Below are positions 1 to 15,100 of a stretch of 64,000 nt of DNA, in pieces. Position 1 is the stretch's first letter. The number at the start of each line of letters is the position of its first letter. The DNA is from Lepidodermella squamata (Eukaryota; Animalia; Gastrotricha). The translations under genes and the position numbers were made by a program. The notes below the pieces were generated by a model. The model searched no databases, was not told where the DNA came from, and was given only the letters and a program-made list of their open reading frames with translations. The stretch spans positions 1,364,001 through 1,428,000 of the forward strand of contig JBLDXI010000028.1 in NCBI GenBank assembly GCA_047495785.1. Direction: 5' to 3'.

Positions 1-428
1 TGTAGCCGGTGTGTTTGTGTTACATTATATGTGGTATGAATTGTGTGCTGCAGATTTACTGATTACGCAGTTCTGATTTTCGATTCTTCTACTTGTGTTA
101 TTTTGAATGGCTCCTAGTTTCTAGTTTCAGCATTACTTCGTACTTCGCAGTAAGACAATTCAATGCTAGTGTTTCTTGGCGTCTCATAGTCTTGCTACCT
201 ACAAATATTGGCATCAATTTGTCTGAGCGCTGGCTGCATTTGATGTAGATGCTTGTGAAAACTGATAGCACCTTAGTTGGTCGTCTGTTATCGTTGATAG
301 TTGATAGTATGTTGCGCTTTCGATATTAGCGAGTACACAGCCGTAAATTGTCTAGTATTACTATATTGCCAGGATAATTTTTACAGTTTTTTTTCAATTA
401 GAGCTTGAGTGATTAGGAAACGAACATC

Positions 429-2395
<1,967 letters not shown>

Positions 2396-2479
2396 AGAAA
2401 ATTTTTGTTCTTTTATTAGTTTTTGACGAAATATGCATTGGTTTTGATAATTTGCCTTGCATTTTTGTAGGTTTTTAAG

Positions 2480-4410
2480 ATGGCTAATTTAGTCAATCGA
2501 GAAGCTGTGCAAAAGCTATGCGCAGCTTCGTACCTGGATGACTACCTCGATTGTATGCAAAACTTGCCGAATCAACTTCAACCTTACCTTAGCCGAATAC
2601 GTGAATTGGACGTCGATGTTGCAAGTAATTTTTACCTTTTAAATTTGAACTTTATCCTATCAATTTTTTGGCGGCAGGACTTTTGAAACAAATCGAGCAT
2701 TTGAAGACTCAACTAGCAAATGCTTCGAAAAATGGCAAGTCTAACAACACCAGCAGTATGAGCATGAAAGAAACGAGTGAATCGTCGATGAGTTGCGCGT
2801 GGGATGACGGCGAGGATTCGGATGCGAAACGCACGGCTACGAAAAACGACGCGTTGAAGCGAAACCTAGCCGCGGCTATGGAAGAGCTGGGCGATGTTGT
2901 TCAGCAGAAAATGGCAGCGGCGCATCGAATGGCGGAAATTGTCGAAACCCGGCGGCGTACGCTCGATGACGATCTCGACAACCTTCGTAAATTTTGTTTT
3001 CATGTTCAAATTTCAGAATTTTCATTCTTATTGTCAGATTTTGTCGAAAATTACCCCTTTCTACGGTGATTAAAAACCTCTAACGAAATTTATCCGATGA
3101 ATTTTTCTCTACAAAATTTGCTTGATGACTTATAAGTTTTGCTAATTTTTCGATTATTTTTTCAGAAAATTGCGATCAGGCCGATTCTTCGTTGTTTTCG
3201 CCTAGTTCCTCGCCCAACTTTCGATCTCGCCCCGGCGCAGCTGATAAACGCGGCTCGCCAACTCGGGCAGCGACCGCCGGTACAAATTCAACCAGCCCGT
3301 CGACGTCAACAGCCGATCAACGGCCAACTCGAGGCAAACACGCCGCGGCTAACAACAACAACGATTCGAATGAAAGTTGCGAAAGTAGTAACGAGCAGGA
3401 GGATGTGCAGAATTCTGATGGCGAGTCGTCGCTGCGGTCCATGGACCAGTCTGGCTCGGGCTCGGATGGCGCGGATAAGGAGAGTGGCGATGACGATACG
3501 ACGAATGACAGTAATGCTGCTCATCGAACCGGGGCTTCCGAGCCGCGGCGAGGCAGAATCGGCCGCCCGCCGCGGTCTCGTATCGAACCGGCGAGTGCGG
3601 GCAGGAAAGGCAAACAGCCGGAACGTGGCAAGGGCATCGTTTCTTCGGCAGCCAGGTCAAAGCATGGTGAGAATTACAGAATTTCAACTTGAGAATTTGT
3701 AATTTGTCACTCGGTTCCGTCAAAATCCGAGCGATATTTTTTCATAATTTTCAAATTCGAAGCTATTTCTTAACATTTGTACAACTGCTTTTTTAAGATC
3801 GGCGAACTCGAAATCAAGAACGTCACAACCGACCCGGTCGTCAGAGCAGTCGTGGAATTGAACCGACTGCACTGCGGCGGCAGAAGCATGATTCGTTCTC
3901 CGAAAGCCAGGCCTCAGTCGCAACAACCACAACACGCGGCGGGACTTCGTCTCAAACTCGCGGCGCTGCAGCTTCTTCGAATAACAAAGCGGGTGGGTCG
4001 AGCCAACGCGGCAACCGGGGCGCAAATTTCGGTGGCAACAATGGCGGCAGTTCGTCAGCTTCAGTCAACGCCGATGTCGCTGATTCGATGGATCAGGAAG
4101 TCGACGAGCAGCTCTACTGCGTCTGCAAACAAGTGAGATATTTTACATCTTAGACCGGGACATTTCATCGAATATCGTTTTTCTTGGCTTAATTTCAAAA
4201 TTTTCAAAATATTTGAAGGATTTCAATTAATTTGTTACGTTGATTTTTTAGGTTTCGTATGGCGAAATGGTTGGATGTGACAACAACAACTGTCCGATGC
4301 AGTGGTTCCACTTCAGCTGCGTCAGTCTGACAACGAAGCCGAAAGGCCGGTGGTACTGCCCGGGCTGCCGCGGCGACAAGCCCAACGTCAAACGAGCCGA
4401 TCTCAGATGA
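2480..4410 (+). CDS. Inhibitor of growth (ING1/2-like) PHD-finger protein; exons approx. 2480-2624, 2678-2986, 3166-3666, 3798-4132, 4252-4410
   Basis: N-terminal ING domain [29 protein letters not shown]-terminal PHD LYCVCKQ|[48 protein letters not shown] follows the stop. Confidence 0.9.
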
Positions 4411-4802
4411 AGCTAGCTAGAAAAATTGGAATAAAAATAAACACTGTTGCTATCTCATTCATCTTTTAGTTGTTGGTTGGTTGCCTCAGAAATTTCGCTG
4501 CCGCTATTTGATATTAAATCGCGCACTTGAAAATCTTATTGTAACGAGAAATTATGCAATCGTGGTGTCTGTCAATTTCGTCTGTCCGGAAGAAATCTGT
4601 ACATATTCTGTATTATCTTTTTTATCTCTACGGAATATTCTAATAAATGAAGTCTGATTCACAAGTCCAATTTTTTATTCGTGTCATAAAAATAATAATT
4701 AACGAAGCACAATTTTTCAATCAGTTGAAGATATTACAGGCAAATATTGGAACGAATAATTAAAATTAGCATCAGCAATAAATATAACTCGACGGAATTG
4801 CA

Positions 4803-6584
4803 CTAGAAAGTAGGCGTGGAAACGACGAATAACGTCGACTCCTCTTGCTTGGCCCAATTTATCAACCGGGATGTCATCGTTACCGCCGATTCTTTCGTGA
4901 CTAGAGGCGAGAAAACCACATACAGTTCGAATTGCTCCCGCAGCCATCCGAGACAAGACGCAGAACTGGTCGAAAGGAATACTACACTCCTCGGCTGGAC
5001 ATTCGCGCTGGCTTCAACATGGAGTAAATGGTTCGTCCTTCGGTACAACTCAAGTAGCTCTTGTTTCGTATCAGGCCGGTTGTATGGCATATCGAAACGG
5101 GCCATTGTGTATTGGGACAACGGTCGGCTTTTATAGGTGAAATGCCATAGCTCAGGGATGCCGACCCGAGACGCTGAAACCGACCCTTCAGCTGCAGCCT
5201 TTTTCAACTCGACGAACGCTGTGTTTTGATTACTGAGCCGGTCGACGATTTTGCGCCGACATTCGCACAACGAGTAGAACTGATTGCCGTCCGCTGAGAT
5301 AAGCACAAGAGTTAGATCAGACGCTTCGTCCAAGTGAGACACGTAAGCATGGACGTAGGCTGATTCGTCGAGGCGCGGCAGGCAAACTGGGACCCAGAAC
5401 TCGGCGCCAGTCACGCCTGATTGGCTGCTGCTTCGTACCAGGTTGATCAGCAGCTGAAGGTCAAGAGGGTTCAAACGCGGACATCGATTATGCCTTACGA
5501 TTGTTACAAGCCGCAACCCAGCTAGAACCATTCCAAACAAAACCTAGCAATAAAGTCCATCGCTATCAAGTAACTTGCTAGATACAAAACATACTTTTTG
5601 TTTCTTGCAGTAATGAGCCAAGGTCGAGGATAGGTGATCTCGCACGACGGATGAAACGGGTAAACAGGCGGCAGCACATAGCAAATGACCAATATCGTTG
5701 TCCATCCAGTCCCATAACTGCGTTAAAATGCGAGTTTCGCCTACTAAGCTTCGACGTAAGTCGTAATTCACGCGCCGTGAGTACAGCGAGTCGAGTTGCA
5801 CAGGTGAAATCAAAGTCAGGAGTTGGTTATACATGTACGATAGCCGAACACGAATTTGCGGCGCAGTTTCATGCCCCCGAACAACACCAACAATTGTCAA
5901 ATGCTTCGGCATGTAGAAAACGATAGACGCTCCACCGTCACCTTCAATCGCTTGAAGGATATCACCCCCAGTATCGTTAACGAACGAGACGAGAGCTTGC
6001 ATGACTCCCGCCAAGGGGATCAGCCTGTCCTCATTGCCGTGCCGCATGTAAATCGGTTTGGCGGCTTCGCTCATCATGAAAACATTGCTAGGATAATTAT
6101 GAAGTTCAAATGCGTCTAAATCTTGCGATATGGCACTCGGAGAGATCGACGACCTACGGCTACGGTCGACGGATGCATTTAACGCGCTGGTTTCCAACTC
6201 AGCAACTTTTTCTTGAGCCACTGCTTCAGCTTCATCCGGAGCTTCTACTTCCAATTCGAGAGGCTTTTCATGAAGAATGTGCGCCCCGCGATCGGGTGAG
6301 TTGCGATCGTCGGCTTCATTTGACGACAAAGATTGGATATCTGCGACATATTCCTCCGCGACAAAAGAACGAATAAACCCCCTTCCCGCAGCAGATGAGG
6401 CGTCATCTTGCCCAGTGACAGAGAGACTGCCACCGCCGGGTGGAACAGATGCATGGATAACTTCGCTCACAAAACGAGAATATTCGTCCCGAACTGATGT
6501 CGGATCAATAGCAAAATTAGTCCGAGGTGCCAATTCACCGCTAGATTCGACTTCAGAGGTATTAGTTGAAGAAGATTCTGCCAT
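4803..6584 (-). CDS. MON1: Vacuolar fusion protein MON1 (Rab7 GEF subunit); 2 coding exons, intron 5544-5594
   Basis: FMMSEAAKPIYMRHGNED, GVMQALVSFV, NYDLRRSL, LNPLDLQLLINLV, WVPVCLPR, LWHFTYKSR and FELYVVFSPLVTK are typical MON1/SAND motifs. Confidence 0.92.
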
Positions 6585-8299
6585 TTAAACACATTCAAAA
6601 TCTATCAAATAGAAAAATTTAGTAGATCTTCAGTGCCGAAAAGATGATAACATGATCATCGCAATATTTTTGTCGCAAGTATGGAAACCAGAAACATCTA
6701 GATACATTTGCAACGTCGCATCAATTGATCTAGAGATAAGAATTGGTTAATTTCGCCTCAAGAATCCAAGAGTCGGGAATTGTTCGATCAGAAGAGGAGA
6801 AACGCGACATTTCTTATCGTCGTGGGCACCGGAACAACTCATCAGAAACCTGCAAACCAAAAAACTCCCGCGCAAAAAATTTGAATGAAAAACTGAATTC
6901 TTAGAAAAATACTTATATCAATTTGCTTGTTCATTTTTGAGTGTTGTGATAAAATAAAGGGTCAAAAACTACCGAATTTGTTGTGGGAGTTTTTTTGGTT
7001 TTCGGATCTTTTAAAGTAGTTAGTCCCCAGTCCCGCGATCGCGCCTATGTTGTTGATGCTGTTGGCTGTTGGCTGTTGGCAGTTGGCAGTTGGCACTGTT
7101 GCTGCGTGTGGCTAGTCATTGTATGTTGTTGTGTGGAAATTAACTCCAATATCCTTTTCTTTTCACACCCCCGGCAATGTGAGCTCTCCACCGCAGAAGA
7201 TTTTAGGTTTTCATTGAATCCCCCAATTTTGGTTTATGATCTAAGATTTAGAATTTGGGATCCTTCAGTCATGGTTCAAGTATGGTTTTGCATCGCCGGT
7301 TTGCGTGTGATTGGTGAAGAAGAACGTTAGATTTTATTCTTTCGTTCAATAATCTTAGTTGCAATTTACCTAAATCTTTTATCTTTATTTTACTTGCTTA
7401 CATTGTGGTTCGAGATATTACGAATTCTGTCTCCTGATGCAGGTCGGAAGTGGCGGGCTGCATTTTCTTATGGGACAGACATATCGATAAACTTCTGAGT
7501 ACCTGAGATCTGAGCTGCGAGTTGATAGCCGATGCCCTTAGCTCTTAGCCCTTTGTCACTCATTCTAGAACCTCAAGCCCTTATTCAAGCTTTTGGCAGC
7601 AATAGTTATCTAGTTTAGGCATTTGCCAATGGCCTATCATTGGCAGCGGCGCTGTCAAAAGATTTAGGAAACCAATTGCTGATGACAGAAGTAAATTAAT
7701 CTCAACTCTTCTTCGAGTTATCTCGTAACTCGAAAGCATTTTATTCCTTTAGGCATTTAGTAAGCAGTAAGCTACAGAAACTTGTTACAACTGCCCTGTG
7801 TTGAGTCAATTTTTCTCGATGTATGAAATATGCTCTGATGCGTCATTCGGGACATATGATTTTTTGTTGCTTTCATTATATGATTTCGATGCATGCTATT
7901 TTTTTATAGCTGTTAGTAGTATCGTGTAGTTAAATTCCGACAAATATGGCGAGCTGATGGCCGGCCAGCTGTTTTATCAGTAGTATTGACTTAGCATTCA
8001 GATATTCGGTTTTTTTCACTCTAAATTGTTGTCAGGTTCTGTTCATATATACCTTATGCTTAAAGTTACGCCCTTTAGTGCTATCAATATGAAATGGTAA
8101 GGAACATTTTTGATTTTTAGTTACGAATCAGGGCTATGCCATCTTTTCTTTGCGAGTAGCAAGCGTATTCAAAGTGTCCTACTCCTGATAGCCCGGATTG
8201 GTCTAAAATAAATACTGACATCATATTGTTGCTGGCGGTGTCAGTGTGGAGTAGGTTGTTAGTAGGTAGTTGTAGTTGCTGATGACTTTGGATTCGATA

Positions 8300-11200
8300 C
8301 CAGCGTTTACGCAGGGTTCTTGCGTTCATTTATACATACTGACGATAGCTTTGTACACCTTTTTCATTTGTACAATTATTAATGCTTTTATTATTATTAT
8401 TTTTACTACTATTGTACATTGAGTTCGGCGGCGCGGCTGTGGCTGCTGCTGATGCTGATATCGTTGTTGTGGTGCAATATATCTAAGATGATGATGATGG
8501 TGCGCGCTGCTTCTCAACATACACCAACTACAACAACATGGCAAGAGCAAACGGGCAGGCGTCTGCTGATCTGCGGTTGTTCTTCGCTGCCGCAGCAGCA
8601 GCGTCGGGGGTTAGTCTTCCTCAGCCCGCGCAGTATATATTCGCGCGGCAAAACTCGACATTATTACTATTATAGATCTGTGCATGTGCATGCGTGTATA
8701 TTGTATTTATATAGTAGTCGTAGCTGCAGCAGCAGCAGCAGCAGAAATAGAAGTGAAAGTCTGTTTGAAGCTTGGATGCTGTGTTTTGTTGTGTGTGGTG
8801 CTTGTGGTCGGTCGTCTCTTCTGCTGTGCGTCTTCTGCGTCTGCATCCTGCAATGCAATGTGCCCCCAATATTATTATTATTACTATTGCTATATTGCTG
8901 TGTATTTCACGGGGCAAAGCGGCAGAGGCACGCTCCTCAACAATGGCCAAATAATACTACTGTTATTACTAGAATATATATATATATATATCTATATATA
9001 CGAGTAAACGCCTTTTCTGTTGATGTAGGCAGCGCGCTGCTGTGGTTCGGCAGCGACGGCGCGGCAAAGTACTTCTATATATACATATTGCCGTGTTATT
9101 TCTCCATGTGCACGTGTTGTAGCTCTGAAGGTAGCAGTAGCAGTAGCACAATGCCTATATTGCACACTTTCGATGCGCTGTGCGAATAAGTACTACATTT
9201 ATATTACATGCTTGTATGAACATACGTATACTATGAGCGCGCGCGCTGGTAGTAGTAAAGTACCCTGATATAGTTAGATTTACCGTATACCTACGAGTAA
9301 ACAGCCTACACCTCAATTCGATCTCGAAAATTTCCAAAAATCTTTTTTGTTGAATTTTTTTCGGAAAAGGTTTCCTCATTCAAGTGTAAAATTCAAAAAA
9401 TATTTCCGTTGGGAATTTTTCGAATTTCTTGCGAATATTGTATCAATAATAATTTTTACACCGTTCGCTCAGGTCATTTACTATACTGTACTATTACATG
9501 ACTGGGTGAACTCTGCCGATCGATATACTATGAGCTTGTATTATGTATAGTAACGCGGGCTGTTGGTTGGTCCGTCCAGTAGCAGGCACAGCAGCTAGGC
9601 AAGTGTAAAATGCGTATTATTGTTATTATGTGTTGGCCCGCACGCCAAACTACTACATGCGATGTGTGCAGATAGAGATGCGCGTGTAATAATATCGTCT
9701 TCTTTTAACATTATTACTTACACGATGATAATGTAATAACGTAAACGCCGCCGTTTTGTATCTCGTTGACGCGCGCGACATTGCTACGACTACTACTACT
9801 ACCGACCACCACCACGAGCAGCGGGCAACAAACGCTTCCAGCAACCTAAGCGAGGCCTGCTTCAGGCCTTATTATTTGACGACGGCGAAGCGTTCGGGGG
9901 CCATTCTTTATTATTATCATTGCACTTCGCACATTTTCCAGCTCAGGACACATCACAATCGCACAAACAGCAACCGCAAGCGTATATGACAGACGTCTGT
10001 ACGGTAATTTTCAAACAAAAAAGAGATTATCATTACATGATAATTTTATTATATAACAAATTTGTTCGTTTTTATTCTTGTAGGTGAGCTCATTTTATCA
10101 CCTTTAAATTTATTTTCGTTGAAATTGACCTGAAACGTGAGCGCATTGTCCGTAATATTAGGTTTCATTCACCTTTTGCTAATAAGGAGTGTTCTTTGAT
10201 TATTGCTGGTTTTCGGCTCGAGCAATAGTTTCAATTTTGCATTTTCTTAAATTAGTTCAGAATGAACATTTTACGTTATTTTCTAGGTATTCCGCAAAGG
10301 TTACCCTCAATTCAACTTTTTCGAGTCTCTATCTATTAAATGGTCGGGAAGTATATTCAAATAATTTTCGTAAATTTTTTAGAAGGCTGGAATTTATTGA
10401 GACTCAATTTATTTGTAAATTTTAGTTGTTGCCTGGAAAATCTTTATTTGCATAGGAATTTTTAAGGCGGATTTTTCATGTTTTTTTCTGAATTTACGAT
10501 TTTAGGCGCCGATCTGTTGTAAATTATTGTCTCATTGTTTAGCGCGCTGCGCAGCAAGTTGTTGTAGGCCGGGGCGGTTGGTCGGTTGGTTGGTCATCAT
10601 CATCGTCATCATCAGCGTATTATATACACGTTATTATTTGCTCGTGGCGATGAGAAAATTCCTACACTACAAAAGTCTTCGCCGTTTTTCGCGGTTTTGA
10701 AGCAGCAGCAGCAGCATGTGCGAGAGCACGCGGCTAGGGTGTTCTTTCTCTGGAGCTTGGCGACGACGGCGACGATGATGATGATGATGATGACCGATAT
10801 TGTTGTTGTTGTACGCTATTTATATGGGTGGCGCGCGTATAATATTTAGTATAGCAAGTATACGCAAACGAACGAATGGATGGATGGCGGCGATTCGAGT
10901 TGGGGCGGCTCCGATCGATTTTGGTCTCGGGTTGTGTGCGCCTGTGCTGTGTATTCGACTGTGGAGATGCGACGAACGACGCACGTAGATTTGTCGTATT
11001 GTATATTATTTTTCTACTACATACCGTGCGGCAGCGGCGGCGGCCTGCTGCCTGCCTGCCATGGGCGGCGGCACTGGGACAACAAGTACTGCGGCGATAT
11101 ATATAGTAGAAGTAGTGCAGAGCCGATTCGATCTGTTATTGACATGTGTTGCGTCTTGGCGTTGAATCTGCGCGCGCGCGCGCGCAAGCAACCTTCTCTC

Positions 11201-11600
11201 TCTTTTTCCTATACACATCGAGTCATCGTCGTCTCTCTCTCTCTCCGCGCCCGTCCGCAGCCTGCGCGCCTCTTCCTAGTCGTCGCTTGCTCGCCTCATG
11301 TGTTTAGTAGTTGGATGGATTTTATAGTAGTAGTCGTAGTAGTAGTAAATATTACATGCCCTGTACGTTGTACTATTATTACTAAAGCCGCGCGAACGAT
11401 GTGAGTATTATACTCGGCATATATCTACTATCGAATATTAGTAATGAGTAGAAAGAGTAATACATTGCTGTCTTTAGATCTCACTATTATTATTGGTTTA
11501 TCAAACGAGAAAACGAACGTGAAGACGCTGCTGCTGCTGATGCAGCCGCCTCCGATGCCGAGGCACACGTCGCCGCGCGAAAATGTCCCTACTAGTTTGA
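8300..11600. repeat. Microsatellite-rich low-complexity region upstream of the BCL9-like gene
   Basis: Dense (CAG)n, (GAT)n, (TA)n, (TAG)n, (CT)n and (GC)n runs in two blocks, approx. 8330-10000 and 10540-11600. No credible ORF. Confidence 0.7.
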
Positions 11601-12176
11601 TCGTTTTACAGCCCAACTTGACCAACATTCTGAAGCCACCTTTTCTAGTTTTGAGGCGGAAATTCAAGGTTGCCTAAGATCAGGTGTCGAATCATGTTTT
11701 TTTCAATTTTTTATAGATTCTACGTTCAAATTAGAATTTTTCAGCTTTATATTGAAATTAAAAAAATTGAAAAACGCTGCGATCATTTTTACCTGTTAAA
11801 CTCGAATGCATTTCAACTTGCTGGCAATTCATATAATTCTCACTTCTACAGCCTTTTATGACCATCTGATTCTCGAAGGTATTTTGAATGTCCTGTCAAA
11901 ATTTTGACCGGAGTGAAATGTCTATTCTGAGTGAGAAATTTCTGTCTCCGCTGGCTCCGAAATTTGACACATTTTGCCAGGTCGTATTTCAATGTCATGA
12001 TCTAGCTGTATCTTTTATTGCGGTTTCCTATAAGCTTATTGTTAAGGCGGATTTTTTTCTTATTTTGAATAGGATGATTTTTATTTAGTTTTTGATAATG
12101 ACGAATCATCTTGTATCCGAGTGCGTTTTTCTTCGCCCCGCCGAATCGACCTCATCATTTTGTACCTTACTGCTTA

Positions 12177-15100
12177 ATGGATGGTGAAGGCCTGCAACAC
12201 CAACAGAACCTGTTAGTTGCAGCGGAATCGATTAACATCAACAGCAATAATAATATTAACTGCAGCGATCAGCTAGACAGTAATAACGAGTTATCAAAAG
12301 TGGAGCAAAGCAACGTTGTCGCCGCATCGAAGCCTGCAGCTCTGTCCTACGGCGCGTTATCGCCGGGCCAGGGCGCTGCGCCCAGCCTCGACGGCTATGG
12401 CCAGGTGAGTGTGGGCGGCGGGGTGTCGCCGCCGAACCAGAACGACTCGTCGCAGGCGCAGCAGAACGAGCCGTCGTCGAAACTAGTCTCTGACGATTTT
12501 CTTACTAGTGCCACGTACCCGCCGGCCGAGTTCGCGGCACCCCTTCAATCTCACGACGATCAGCCACCTCAAAATAACGGTAGTAGTAGCAGCAACAGCA
12601 GCCAGGATGAAAACGGCCCGGTCCCGCAACAGCAGCCGGGTAGTAACAACAACAACGGGCTGATGAGTAGCCAGTATAGCAAACCGGCAAGTGCGCCCAG
12701 CCCGTCTCACATGCCTTTCTCGCCAGGCCCGGCGTCGTCGCGGCAGCCCGCCTCCGTACCGCCCCCGTTCTCGCCCGCCCTCCAACCCGCGTCCGGCTCG
12801 TCGTCGGTGCCGCCCGGCGCGGTCTCGTCCAGCGCGCCTGTGTTCGCGCAACCTCGACCCGCGGCCATGTACCCGCCGCAAAGATCGTCGCCGCCGCAGC
12901 AGAACGACGACGGCAGCGACGCGAATAGCCAGTCGATCATCAAAAACATGGCTGATATCGTGAATCGCGTCCCGGACCAGTGCGGCCTCGTCTCGGCCCT
13001 CTCCAAGGTCGAGCAGATGCATAAAGCACCCGCGGCTGGTTCGGCCTCCTCCTCCGTCTCGTCCGCCCTATCGCCGTCACCCTCGATCGCCTCGCCAGCC
13101 GCTCATTTGTTAGCTCAACAGCAACAGCAACAGCAGCAACAACAGCAGCAATTTCAACAACCTGGTCAGTTGATGCGGCCGAATTCGCGGCCGTCGTCGA
13201 TAGGCGGCGGCGGGCAGATTCAGTCGCCGAGTCAAATGGCTGCGCCGGGTTCGGTGAAATCGGAGCCGTCGTTGCAGCAGCAATTGGCGATGCAGCAGCA
13301 GATGAAGGCGACGAATGGCAACGACGCGCTGCAATGGTCCTCCGCTGTGCCGCCTCAACATCAGCAACAACCCATGGTAAATATTTAAAAAATGATTTAT
13401 TTTTCGAAAGAATTCGAAGAGAGGAATTTTGCTGTTGAATTGTTGCGGACATGAAAATTTAGCTGCGAAGTGGAAGCTTGTGAAGAAAATTATTTTGGAA
13501 TTGGAATTTAAAAATGGTGAAATAATCTGAATCGTTTCATAAAAGAACTTTTTCGATTTGGATGCGATAGCTTTTTCTGCTTTTAATACGAGCGATTCAT
13601 CTTGAGACTGAGCTATCCAACATTTCTTCCAAGCTGGATCTTGATTTTTGCTGATTTTTGTAGCGATGAAAATGAAAACCATGAACCTTTAGCATCTAAT
13701 TTCTTGTAATTTAACCGATCAGTAAATTTTGATTTGATGCCTACCAAATACCAAATACGATTTTTGGCCGATTTTACGTTAAGCTGGAAAAAGAATTGAA
13801 GATGAGTTCCTAAGCTTAAGCAATAATTTTTCTGTACTTTCCGTCAACCTTGAAATGTACAGAAAAAGAAATGCTCAGGCTCCCAACGCATTAAAGTAAC
13901 AGCAATTGCACTTATAATTAGTGTCACGGTGTCATACTTAACGAATGGGATGTCTCGGATGCAGGTTTCTAGATGTAAAATGTCAACAAGCATTCAAGTT
14001 AATTGATAGTATCTTGCTATATGATTATAAGTCTCGAGTTGTGCACATGTGAGTATAATGACATCCAGACTTGACACCTAACTAAGGTGTGATGTAGCGT
14101 GGCGCGTTTAAATTTTTGTTACTTGTCTTTAAGCCATTCATTTTTAATCAAAATTTAATCGATATAAAAAAACCGGCTTAAAATTTCCTATAAATATAAG
14201 TTAGCCATGTATCGCAACATCACTATTTACAATCCTATCAAGGTATTGGCTAATAATGATTTTCTTTCTGAAATTTATTGGAGTTTTACCTAATTTTTTG
14301 TTTGATTTTCTTTCAGTTGCATGTATTTGACTCAAAAATGGCAAATGAAGCTGCTCAAGCCGTCCGTCAGGGCGCCAGTCCTTCTATAATTGATTATCAC
14401 TTGAACATGTTATCTCAGCAACAGGGCCCGATGCAGGGCCCGCCTGGTCATCAACAACAGCAGGGCAAGCAAGAAGCCGGCGGCGACAAGTCGCAGCAAC
14501 AACTTACCTCGCAGGAACTCGTGCGCAACGCCAAGCTGAAGCAGGTTGAAGAGCTCGGCATTGCCATGGGCATCAAAAAGGAGAAGCAACCGCAGCAGCA
14601 GCAGCCGCCGCCCGAATTGCAAATGGGCGGCGGGCAGCAAATGCCGCCTGGCATGTTCCCGCCCGGCATGCCGGGTGGCCCGAACAGCCCCGGTCTCATG
14701 CCTGGCGATATCAACAACCGACTGCGGTTGGAGCACGAACACAAGCGGCGCATGATGATGGCGGGCAACATGCCGCCCGAGGCGATGATGGGCGGCCCGG
14801 GCGGCTTCCCGATGATGGGCCCTATGCACCCGCCTGACGGGGCGCTCATGGACCCGAACGGGTTCTTCGTCGACCCGGCGACCGGGCAAATGTTCCGGCC
14901 GCCGCACATCGCCTCGCCTGGTGGACCTCGCTACCCCTCGCCATTCCCGCCCGGGTTTCAGGGCCCGGGCATGCCTGGTGGCCCGCCGATGGGTATGATG
15001 CCTGGGCAGCACCCGGGCGGCTTTCCCATGGGCATGATGCCGGGCCCGCCGCCGAACTCGGGTCGGCCTAACGGGCCGGCGGGTGACCAACCGCCGACGA

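Noticed and set aside
6795-6850. Hammerhead-like CTGATGA with two stems on the minus strand (MON1 5' region)
   Set aside because: GATA in place of GAAA, and no stem I pairing.
8117-11677. Many ORF-track entries, up to 256 aa
   Set aside because: Microsatellite-derived, Cys/Tyr-rich translations with no domain or splice support.
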